A stretch of DNA of 64,000 nt from Monocercomonoides exilis PA203. Its lineage: Eukaryota; Protista; Preaxostyla. Positions 29,019 through 40,452 of the stretch are shown here, piece after piece. Under the pieces are notes generated by a model. It worked only from the letters and a program-made list of their open reading frames with translations. It searched no databases and was not told where the DNA came from. The translations under genes and the position numbers were made by a program. The first letter of the stretch is position 1; every line of letters begins with the position of its first letter. The DNA lies in contig LSRY02000042.1 in the NCBI GenBank assembly GCA_001643675.2, positions 310,001 to 374,000 on the forward strand. The letters run 5' to 3'.

Positions 29019-30040
29019 GGATGAGGATGATGATGATGATGATATGGTAGTTTTTTCTTTGAAAAGTTTGTGAATAGGAATCAGTAATGGAGAAGAATGA
29101 CGATGATGAAATGAATTTTTTTGTTTAATTTTTATTGTTTTTCTTTCAGCACGAAGTGGAGTGCTGATTGGATTGTTTACTGTTTGAGAAGGTGTATTAT
29201 TTGTAGAAGAAGGTTTCACAGATGGAATGACATTGGCATTGTTGTAACTTTGATTTGTCTTTTTTGATGGCGAAGATAGTTTTTTGTTTGTATTATTTTT
29301 TTCTGTAATTATGATATCATCCCATGCAGATTCCTCTATGTACTGCTCGTAATCAGGAACTTTTTTTGGTTTTTTCTTGGCTGATTGCAATGACGTTGAT
29401 GCTTCTGTGGAATGGGCCAACATCCAATTGTTGCCCTTTTCCCAATCTTGTTCATTAAGACCTTAAAAAAAAAAATAAAAAAAATAATTGAAAAAATAAA
29501 AAAACAGTAAAAAAAGAAATCATTATAAAATTTAATACAAACCACTTTTACATGATGGTGGGTGAGGCAATTGTGCTGGTATTAAAAATCCTTGGTTTTT
29601 TGTTAGAGTTTGTTTTGCATAATTATACTTTCCTTCAGTAATGTCAAATCCATAGTCCAGAAGCTCAGATAATGATGCGTTGCGCGTCAGTGCTTGTAGG
29701 ATCATCGTTTGCGTGTGTAATTGTGCGTACTTGTACACAACTGAGAGATCTTTCAGAAGTATTTCGTAATATTCTAAGTTTTTTAAATAACAAAAAAATA
29801 AATATTAATAATAAATGAATATAATAATAGATAAATTAAAGTTATTAACAATCAAAAAATTTTGAAGTCCAAACCATTCAAGGACTTCAGTAAATCATTA
29901 ATTACTGAAGATGATTTTCTGTAGTTGTAAAACAAATAGACGAGCAATGAATCAACGTCATCTCCACCGATGCGTTGTATTTCTTTCCATAGAACGTTGC
30001 ATCGTGAATTTAGAGTTGACTCCTGTTTTGAAAATGACAT
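26070..30040 (-). CDS. Sola-like DDD transposase with an inserted USP (peptidase C19) domain; 3 exons, ~1262 aa
   Basis: Exons 30040-29875, 29773-29543 and 29461-26070 join in frame through GT-AG introns. USP Cys box GLINLGNTCYLASLLQCF, His box NGHYIAVV...WITCNDD (~28460-27550). Transposase motifs RRTDLCGMC, VFDFKEKW, FFCDSGPHNRN, FFAEHHGKNICDSEFG (~27320-26230). Confidence 0.85.
28815..29043. repeat. (GAT/TCA)n array encoding poly-Ser in the transposase-USP gene
   Basis: Read directly; lies in the linker N-terminal to the USP domain. Confidence 0.9.
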
Positions 30041-30167
30041 TTTTGTGATTATTACAATTTATTATGGAATTATTATCAATTAATAAAAAAATGACAACTC
30101 GGGATTTTTCTTTATTTTTTGTTTTTTTAGAAATAAATATTTTTTCGAAAATGACTAATAACTTTAT

Positions 30168-30606
30168 ATAGTTCAAAAACATCTGCATCATTTTATTTTT
30201 CCAAATAAAAATAATCACAAAAATGATGACAAGCTCAAATGAGAAGTGTGATCAGTCACTAACAGATATATGAAAAAATGAGTATGATTAATCATTTCGA
30301 TGCAGATGATCAGTATTTGACAAAAACAAGAAGGAAAAATTTTGCAAGAGGGAAAGTTATTAGAAAAAGAATGATCGAAATTTTGATCTATCATTATATT
30401 TCTTTTTTTTCTAAAAACTTTCCCTCTTGCAAAATTTTTCCTTCTTGTTTTTGTCAAATACTGATCATCTGCATCGAAATGATTAATCATACTCATTTTT
30501 TCATATATCTGTTAGTGACTGATCACACTTCTCATTTGAGCTTGTAATCATTTTTGTTATTATTTTTATTTGGAAAAATAAAATGATGCAGATGTTTTTG
30601 AACTAT
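30168..30606. repeat. ~440-bp foldback palindrome (arms ~200 bp, spacer ~37 nt); possible MITE
   Basis: 30168-30368 is the reverse complement of 30406-30606 with about 3 mismatches; TA lies immediately outside GTTCAAAAAC...GTTTTTGAAC. Confidence 0.95.
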
Positions 30607-31129
30607 GTGAATTGGAATTTTTTTTTAAATTTTTTTAAAAAATGAAATAAAAAATAAACCTTCGAATATATTTTTTTTTTTTTTCAATTTGAATTGATTA
30701 ACTCATTTTTTTGTAAAAGTTCGTTTTCATTATTAAATATTTTTTTTCATGCAAAATAAATCAAAAAAATGAAACGAACCATCAAAATAAATTAGTTTTG
30801 ATAACAAATAGAAATAAAAAAATTATTTCTAAATAAAAAATTCTGAAATGAGAAAATAATAATAAAAAAAAAGAGAGATATATAAATTTTTAAATACTGC
30901 ACAGATGTGTTGAATAGAGATTATTTGTTTAACTGATGAACAAATAAAAATAATAAGTTTGATTATTGTTTGAACATCAACAATTATTTATTTATTTTCT
31001 TTTTGAAATATCCGAGATGAAACAATAACTATAAATAAACAATTTTAATTTTTTTTATGTTTCATTTCACAAATCTTCTTTTATTTTCTTTTTCACATTA
31101 TTATTCATCGATCACAATCAAAACACATA

Positions 31130-33330
31130 TATCCTCTTTTTGATCACTTTTTTCTCCTAATGCCAATAATCATCCATTTCTGCTTCGCTTTTTTTGTAAT
31201 TTCACCACCGACTTCATTCACATTTGAAAAAGATAATAACAATTTGAGATCGAAAATGTGAAGATAACGATAGTGATAATTCATTGAAATGAAATTCCTT
31301 CAACTTGAACAGCCTTTAAGAACATGCGACTGCACAACACACATACGCATTTCTCTCCTTTTGTCCTCTTTCCTCCAATCGGCCAAATTATCGAAGCATC
31401 CGACTTGATCAGTGGACGACTCTCTTCTGTATCTAATATAATTTCTCTCTTCTCTCCTTTCTCACACGCCCTCTTCTGCAATGCAGGGTGCTCCTCGCAC
31501 GCAGACACACCAGACACACCAGCCTCAGCTCGATGCTCCCACCTGCCACACCCCCAAAGCCAATTCGCTCATGTGACAATAAGCATAACTGGCCAGGAAG
31601 TTGAGAAAGAGGAACATGGAGTTGCTGTCTTTTTCTCATCCACAAGTGGCTCTGCTCCTTCCTTCGCGATGAAACCGTTGCCTTCCAGCAGCGCTTGCAG
31701 AACTGTTTCCATGTGAGTTATTCCTTCTGTTCCATCACTTCCTCCTCCGGCTGCTCCTTGTGCTCCTCCTTGTGCTCCACCAATTCCCATCACTATTCCA
31801 TTGTTCGATGATGGTGAATGATTCGTTCCATTCACATTCCCATCTCCTCAAACTGCTCCTCCTATTCCAACATTCGCGTTCATCACACTCATCGAGCTGT
31901 ACCTGCTTCCCAGATTGATCGGAATCCTTTCCAAATAACCTCTTTGCATCAGCGGACGGAAGAAACAATTTGTTTTCCACATTTCATGCGCTTGCACAAT
32001 CCCTGTCGTGAAAAGTTATTCAAACAGTGAATATTCAGATGTGGAAAAACTCAGCCGCTCTTCATCAGTCAGATCGAGTCTGTTGTCGATGCTCGTCCCA
32101 CCTTTGTTCCGCATCACGATCGACTGCATTGGTGCATCCACCTCGCCGATGGGTTATTTATTCCAGTAAATGCATTTCCGTTTCTTCTTCTTCTCGCTCG
32201 CTCTCAAACCCAACACGTGCTTTGATTTGAATTAGCATCTGGCATGCAATCTTCTTCACCGCGTGCTTCCCTCCTCCCAGATGCTTTCAGATGAACGAAG
32301 CTTGATGAATACACTTGCTGTGGCTGTCACATGAAAATCTATTCACACGTTCTTCTCCGGTTTCAAGATGTCCCTCGCGTGGATCTATTGAAATGGGACA
32401 TATTCATTCTCATTTGTTTTCTCCTTGATTTCCACAACTTCCATCTCCTCCATTGTTATCATTTTATCCTCCTCCTTCTCCTCCACTTGCTCCTCCACCT
32501 CCATTTCCACCCAGGCCCATCCCTCCCATCTGATGCATCATCCCCTTCCTCATATTTCCTTCCTCCACTCAATACTCCACTCTTCCATTAAAATTTGTAA
32601 ATTTGTGTGTTTGCTAATCAATAGGATATTTTCATGTTGCTTTGCACACACACACACAAACACCTCTGTGTCTTTATACAGCAGCGGATTGGCACCTAAA
32701 TTGAAAGGAAAATGCAACAGATCCGGCAGCAAGCGCATGCCAGCCTCTGTGTAGAGCAGCCCATCGTAGCGGTTGAATGTCTCGTCGGCTGGAGCGAGCT
32801 CGTGGGCAAACGCGTGGTTCAACTGGATCAAAGCTAGTTCTTTCCACAGAATCGCCTTCTCTGTGTTGTGGCTGTGCACATCCACAACAGTTGCAGAAGG
32901 AAGGATCCACAGGCCAATCACCACATGCAATGCAGTTGCGTTGCTTTTCGACTGCATTCGTTGCATCTCGTTTGTTTCTTGCTCTTCTTCTCGACTCTGC
33001 GGCATCATTGAGGATGTTGGAGAAGAACGAACTGACTGCGATGGTCTGTTGATGTCTCCAGCATCAGAAAATTTCTCCAAGCATCCACTTGTTTTTTGAT
33101 TGTCTGTTTCAACCACAAATACAGAACTACATGTGTTCAACATGCGAAGAACTGGGCGAAAAAAGTATTTGATTTTTTCGTGTGTTCTTGCAAAAATGGC
33201 TCCGTTAAGCGGTCAAATTGACAGATCAGTCAATAAAGAAGAAGGGGAAGAAGAAGAGGAGGAGGATGCTGAAGAGACAAGAGAGAAATACACATTGTTG
33301 TCGAGAACTCTCATCAGTTGGTTCTGAATG
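31130..33330 (-). pseudogene. Decayed gene fragment of unknown function (cargo)
   Basis: Coding-like composition; chain of short minus-strand ORFs (32550-33143, 31735-31980, 31569-31835, 31281-31517) broken by stops and frameshifts. Confidence 0.55.
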
Positions 33331-33586
33331 AATGATGGAATTGAGGTTGAACATTATTTAATTGAAAAAAAACAGGAATGAGCATCTTTATTTGAATAAA
33401 CTCAAAAGTTGGAAAAAAAATATATATAATCGTTAATGAAAAGGCAAACAACACGAAACATTTCAATAAGCCTTTCTAATTTTTCTCGAAATGATATATT
33501 TATTTATATTATGTTTAATAGCTTCATTCATCTTCTTGTCATCACTTCAGTCACTTAAAAAAAGACAATAATTGATTTTTGAGTAT

Positions 33587-34140
33587 TTTGCAAATTGATA
33601 ATAAAAACATACTTTGTTAAAAATGAACAAGAATTAATATAGTCACATTGAATAGTCTTTCTCTTTGTTTCATCAAAAATTGTCTATGTGCCAAACAAAA
33701 TTACCAGTTTCTAAATAAATAGGTCAAAATTCTTATATTAATGAAAAATAACAACGATTTGTAACAAACCTTTTATACAGCTTTGTCATTACAAGTCAGA
33801 CGTCCTCACATATTAAATATATAGAATGACTGAAAAAAAATAAGAAAAATCTTCGAAGACAGTGCATGGGAAACAATTCATTTCACACAACACTTCATCC
33901 CAAATAAAAAATATGTTAAAAAACAAATTATTACCAACTTTTTCCACTAACAGATTTTCAAAAAAAGCATCAGACATGTTTATTATTGTTATTTATTCGC
34001 ATTGAGCAAAATAGATCATGGTATTCTTAATGGCGCCATTAATAATAATTTGTATTTTTTATGATCAAAAATTTCAAAAATTTTTCAAAATTTTTTATTT
34101 TTGTTTCATTTAATTTGTGAATATTATTGCTTTGTTAATG
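33587..34140 (+). repeat. Internal repeat R2 (~550 bp)
   Basis: Direct near-identical copy of 18221-18774; inverted relative to ~37165-37718. Confidence 0.95.
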
Positions 34141-34497
34141 TAAAAAAAGTCATATGAATGTTGTTAATTAATTATTAAAACTTTTTTTTTAATGTGATAT
34201 CAAAATTAATAAAAATAATATTTATCAGAAATTTAAATATTTTTTTTTGAAGTATTTGACATTTATTTTTTAATTATCAAATAATGAGAAAGCAATATGA
34301 GTTGTTAATTATTTTTTCCGCAATGAAAAAAAATTTAGAAATTTTCATTAAACTTTGAATATTTTTTTTATCGTATCTTATTTTATATTTGTTCAAAAAT
34401 AGATAAACATTTTTTATATTTTTATGTTCAATTTTTTATTGGTCAGAAATTTAACATATTTAGTTGAATTTGATTTTTATTATTTTTTTTTTGTTTT

Positions 34498-37012
34498 ATG
34501 AGTTCCATTTCTCATAAAAAAATTCCCATATATTGCAATTTCATTGACTGGATCGGTTTATCGACAATGTTGTCAGCTAAAAGGGTTCATAATGGATTGG
34601 AATTTAGAAGCCTGCAGAAGGATATGGTCCAACTCACAAATTTTTTTCAAAAAATGTCACTCTCTCACGCAGAAATGGTTTCATTTATGTTTTTCCAACA
34701 AACACAAGTAGGAAGGCAACTTTTCGAAAGTTTATTAAAATCATTTAATGGCGTGTCTTTCTTAAACAATGTTTTATTTATGTAATTTTACTTTATTCAA
34801 TGTTTTTTTAAATATTCTTTTTTTATTTATAAATATTTATTATTATTATTTTTTTATTTTGCAATATGAAGATCCACTGAAACGAACCATAAAAGAGCTG
34901 AGTCATGTTTTCAATAGCCTCTCCTATGAATTACAAAGTGAAATGCTATTGATTCTGACAAAAGAATTCTCTCAGCAGACACTAAGCCAAGAGTTTGGGT
35001 TTGTAATTAAACCAGCGCCTTTTCAAGCATCCTTTTTCGATCAAAAGAAAGAAATTTCAACAGACAGAACACCGCCAATGAAAAGGAAACAACGTTCTTC
35101 TCAACGTGATTCTTCAAAATCATATTTTGGATATCTTGGAGCCGAAAATGAAAAAATTAAAACAATAGAAATAGATATGGAAGATTCAGAAGATTGCATT
35201 TCACTCAATTACACTCCGAAATCATCTTCATTATCACCATCAACTTCAACATTATCATCATCCTCATCTTCCTCAATCAACCCTCTCTCCTTTCCATCTC
35301 CTTTTATGTTTTCTGCTTTTCCTCCATCAGAAAAATCAATTCCATCATCTTCTTCACCTTTCCCATCATTCTCATCTCCTTCCTCCTCCTCATTCCCATC
35401 GACTTCATTTTCTTCCTCATCCTTCCCTTCTGCTTCAAATTTATCCTCTTTCCATCCTTTGAATATGGCTTCTCCATCTTCATTTCAATCTTCCTTCTCC
35501 CCATCATTTCCATCTTCTTTCCCATCAACTCCTTCGAATATTCATCCTTCAACAGTTTCATCCGCATCCTCATCTGCTTCCTTTCCTGATTCCCCCTCTT
35601 CCTCTTCCTCTTTGTCTTCTTCTCTTTCTCCTTTTCCTTCCCCTTCCACTTCTCCTTCTCCTCCATCTTACTCCTCTCCTTCCTCTCTCTCATCCTCCTC
35701 TTCCTCTTCCTCTCCTTTATTTTCATCTTCTCCTTCTCCTTCTCCTCCATCTCACTCCTCTCCTTCCTCTTCATCCTCCTCCTCTTCTTCTTGTTCTTCT
35801 TGTTCTTGTTCTTCTTCCTCCTCCTCCACTTCCTCTCCCTCTTTAACTTTGTCAACTTTATCACCCTTAGAGCCAGAGTTCGCAACACTCTTTCACAGCA
35901 CAAAGAAAATATCTTCAAATGAAGATGACGATATGGAATCCAATTCAAAAAACCCTTCAAGAACTGACACAGTTTATCTGATGTTTGCACCAATTGAGAG
36001 ATTTATCGACTGTTTATCAATGCATGTGATGGATGGTGATGTGGGTTCAAGATCTTGTGTTTACAAATACAAAATTTCGAAAAGAGGATTGAGGAATCTG
36101 GGAAAGACTTGTTCATTCAGTTCATTATGTCAATGTTTTGCATCTCTGGATTTGGGAAGGAGCTTTTCGAGCAAAAGAAACTTAACAGATCGACAATCGC
36201 TTCAATTGGTTCTGCAATGTTTGAGTGGGTGTGATTTTCAGAAATTCTTTTGGGGAACGAAGAGAATGATTCAGATGTTTGAGAATAATTTTGGACCATT
36301 GATGGAACCTAAAGGTTCTCTTTCAACATATGAAAAATTTCTGGAGTTATTGTCGGAGGAGGATGATGGTGTTATTAAAAAGTTTCAACTTCATAGTCAC
36401 AAGTTTATGAAATGTCAGTCTTGTAATCAATTGACTTCAAAGCCAAGGGGAATCACGTTGGAGGTGCCAATATCAAACGCTGATATTGTTGAAGGTTTAA
36501 ATTCTTATTTTTCTGTCGTGAAAGAGGAGGAGGATCAAATGAAACAGGTGTGTGGAAAATGTTCAACTGGAAGAATTGAATTGAAATGGATCAGGCTTGA
36601 TGCTTTTCCATGTGTTTTGTGTGTGTTTCATAACAATCTGACACCTTCATCAGTCAATCCCCCTCCAACTCAACTGTTTGTTGCTGAAAAAGGAAATGGC
36701 CCTTTTGATATCTGCTTTTTTGATCCTTTGAAAGCAAAAACTTCCCTGAAATTCTTCTCTGACAATAATATGATTGCAGCAAAATATCAGCTTTGTGGAA
36801 CTGTGATTCATTCAACATCAAAATTCAAAGATGGACATTTCATTGCAGTTGTGAAGGATAAAAAGCATTTGATTGAAGAGAAAAGCATTTTCTTTGAATG
36901 CGACGATGAGGTTGTTTCACTGCTAGCATTTGATAAATGGAATCAGTATTGGAAAAATTTATCACTGGAAGGATGGAAGTCAGGATTAACATTTTATCAA
37001 CTTATTGAATAA
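34498..37012 (+). CDS. USP-domain protein paralogous to the N-terminal half of the transposase-USP, lacking the transposase core; 2 exons
   Basis: Exon 1 ends LLKSFN-G (paralogue LLKSLN-G). Exon 2 KELSHVF...LLILTKEFSQQTLSQEFGFVI parallels KDLSVVY...ILQALTRNASLSELLDYGFDI. Ser/Pro linker; Cys box RGLRNLGKTCSFSSLCQCF; His box DGHFIAVV...FECDDE. Intron borders uncertain. Confidence 0.8.
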
Positions 37013-37106
37013 ATATTTATTTTTTTTGTAATTTTTTTTTTCATTTTTAATTAACATTTTTAATAAAAAAATACCAATAAAATATTTCTTTGAATAAATT
37101 TAATTT

Positions 37107-37912
37107 TTTTCACCTTTATTCAAACAATAAAAAAATCAAAACCAATTTCTGATGAAATGTTTGCATTAATAAAACAATAATATTCACAAATTAAATGAAA
37201 CAAAAATAAAAAATTTTGAAAAATTTTTGAAATTTTTGATCATAAAAAATACAAATTATTATTAATGGCGCCATTAAGAATACCATGATCTATTTTGCTC
37301 AATGCGAATAAATAACAATAATAAACATGTCTGATGCTTTTTTTGAAAATCTGTTAGTGGAAAAAGTTGGTAATAATTTGTTTTTTAACATATTTTTTAT
37401 TTGGGATGAAGTGTTGTGTGAAATGAATTGTTTCCCATGCACTGTCTTCGAAGATTTTTCTTATTTTTTTTCAGTCATTCTATATATTTAATATGTGAGG
37501 ACGTCTGACTTGTAATGACAAAGCTGTATAAAAGGTTTGTTACAAATCGTTGTTATTTTTCATTAATATAAGAATTTTGACCTATTTATTTAGAAACTGG
37601 TAATTTTGTTTGGCACATAGACAATTTTTGATGAAACAAAGAGAAAGACTATTCAATGTGACTATATTAATTCTTGTTCATTTTTGACAAAGTTTGTTTT
37701 TATTATTAATTTGAAAAATTTATAAAATCCAGTCATTGTATTTCTATTAATGTGTGATATGAAATTATTATCAAATTATCAATATTCATTTTTTATTAGG
37801 AAGTGTATCTGAAATATGAAATGTCACAGAACAAAATCATTGTGTGAAAGATTGGAAAGTGAAGAAAAGAACTTTATAAAGTATTGGATAAGCTCTACAG
37901 GCAAAACAAGAG
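37107..37912 (-). repeat. Internal repeat R3 (~800 bp), inverted relative to R1 and R2
   Basis: Reverse complement of 18027-18831. Confidence 0.95.
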
Positions 37913-40421
37913 AGATGAAGATGAGCAGGGAGTGAAAGAAGCTTAGAAAGATTCTGACAGTGTTCCGAAGAAGTTGAGAAGAATTCGATGATGAAGACTG
38001 ACGGAACATAAGCTCAGGGGATGGATGGCTGTATGAAGAGGACAATGCAGACGATGAGAATATTCTGAAGCTGATGAGCTATGAGAATGTGGTGAATGTG
38101 GGAGGAATTCTATCAGATGACGAATCAACTGACAGCTCAGAAAGCGATGTGAATGAAAAGGAAGGAGCATATGATGATGATGCGAATGACACTGAAACAA
38201 AACAAAGTGCTTCGATGAAAAAGAAAGAAAACGAAAACAACGAAGTTCAAGAAAGTGTTGAAATGCTTCAAAAGAAAGTTAATCAAACAGAAGCAGAAAA
38301 GAATACAAACGCAAAAGAATCAATAAGAAACGGCAAAAAAGACGAAACGCATTCAGATGAGCCAAAACCAGAGCCTCTTTCATAACAATCCAAGCAAAAA
38401 CAGAAGCAGCAGCAGTAACAGAACATCAATTCCATCTCCAATGCAATCATCTTCTCCACAGCCTAAATAATACTCTTCAGCAAGAGATACCTTTGGAACG
38501 ATGTACTTTACACGAGGGAAGCGAATGAACGGCGGATGGAGATGGGGAGAGGAGCTGTTGGTGCACCAATAACGCTTCCATCAACAGTTGTTGTTGTTGG
38601 AGGAGGAGTGGTGATATTAGGTGTGATGGGGATGAAGAAGTTCAACAGAAAAGTGACAAGGGCGATGCAAGATGAGTTTCAGAATGAGAAAGGGAAAGTG
38701 GACGATGAAGAGGCGAAGATCGCGTTTAATTCATTGGAATCTAATGATCAGAGAGAGAAACAGCTTTAGTTGATGAAACAACAGGAAATACAGAAGAAGA
38801 AGAAGGAGAAAGAAGAAGAGCGGGAATGCAGAAAAATGGAGAAAATGACGAAGAAGATAGAGGAAAGAGACAAAAATCTGTTTAGCAGCATCCAAGGAAT
38901 TCTGCAACCACACCTTGAGACAGGCACACCGATTAACCAGAAGGAGAACAAAATGGCAAGCGAGGCGCAGCAAGAGGCGAAAGAAAACCAAACGCCAATT
39001 TTAACAAGAGAGCAGAAATTGGACTGCATGTTGAATGACCTCGCTAATTCTGACCTGGAAGATTTGAGCGATGAACTAGATGTACCTTGCCGTTATGTGT
39101 GTATCAAAAGCGAGGAGAACGGGCAATTTGTGTGGAAGATGCGAAAAGTGCCTGTGTATGCGGCAGTCGACGCGAGGCATACAAGAACGCGGTTGGATCT
39201 GATGAGTGCGCTGAAGAGCGGGCTGAGACAGAGCAGGGCGGAGTTGAGAAGAGGAAGGGGGATGAAGTGGAGGGGCTGGTGGCCATGCAAAGAGGAAGCA
39301 GAGGCGACACTCAGGAAGGGAAGGAAATGAGCAGGGAAAGGATCACCTTTGATGTTTCAGAAGGAGAAAGGGATAAGAACATTCAATCAGAGCAGTGTTC
39401 CTGGAAGAAGAGATGCTCTGTCGAAGCTGTTTTCTTCGCTATCTTTCTCGTAGTTGGCATCTTTCTTCATTTCTCACAACAGAAGAAAGAACCCAGGAAC
39501 TTCTGTTGGCCCTAAAAACTTTGGATGCTCATCTCACAAAAGACTGCAAAATCGACTCAAAATCACCAGCTCTTTCAACCTCTTCACCAAGTTCGGGTGC
39601 TTCTTCTCCCGCGATTCAACCTCAGTTCATTCCTATTCGAACGAAGGAAAATGAAAAATCCGCAACTCAGCAAACTTCGTCTTCTTCTTCATCTTCTTCG
39701 TCATCTTCTTCATCTCCTGTTTTTACCTCTGCTTCTTCTGCTTCAACTCCTCCTGCTATTCGACCGCTTGCACTGGAAGGAGGGAAAAGTCCTTCTACTC
39801 CAAACAAATTGCACCTTTCTTCGTCTGAGCAAATCGCTTTTGATCCTTTGGATGCAATCAACCAGGTGAAAGAACAAGCACAAAAGACAGAAACAAACAG
39901 AAAAGAGGTTTCACCAAAAGAGCAAACAGGAAATCTTCCTATTGAAAATGTGAATGAAACTGCTATTGTTCAAAAGAGTCCATTGATTTCAGAAGCGTTG
40001 CTTCCGCGTTCCAGTTCAAGGCATTTGTTTCCTGTGTATCCTGTTCCCTCTCAACAGCAAGCAGTCGCAAAGAAAAAGAAAGCTGCTTCAATGCTGTCAC
40101 CGAAGCCGCAGCGCCTGCGAAGAGAAATGTGGCTGGGTGAACTGATAAAAGAGTGGCTTGTGTATGAAGATGCTGACCAGGATGCGTGGAATGAGATGAG
40201 AGAGATGGATGCAAAGGAGAACGAGGAAGGGTTTGAGACTGAAAGTTACAGTGAAGAAGAAGAGGAGGAAGAAGAGAAGGAGAAAGAAAGTGATGAATTA
40301 ACAGAGAGAACAAAAGAAGATAGACAAGATGATGAAACGAAAAAAGAAGAAGATGGTCAATTGGTAGAAATGCAATCTTCGTCTTCACACATTCCTGATG
40401 ATAATATTCAAAAACGTCATC

Positions 40422-40452
<31 letters not shown>

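Noticed and set aside
30215-30547. Two nearly identical ORFs on opposite strands (MSMINHFDADD...)
   Set aside because: A by-product of the palindrome, not evidence of a gene pair.
18027-37912. Polinton/Maverick or LTR retrotransposon defined by the long repeats
   Set aside because: No pPolB, integrase, capsid, ATPase, gag or RT motifs; no TG...CA or AG...CT termini recognised.
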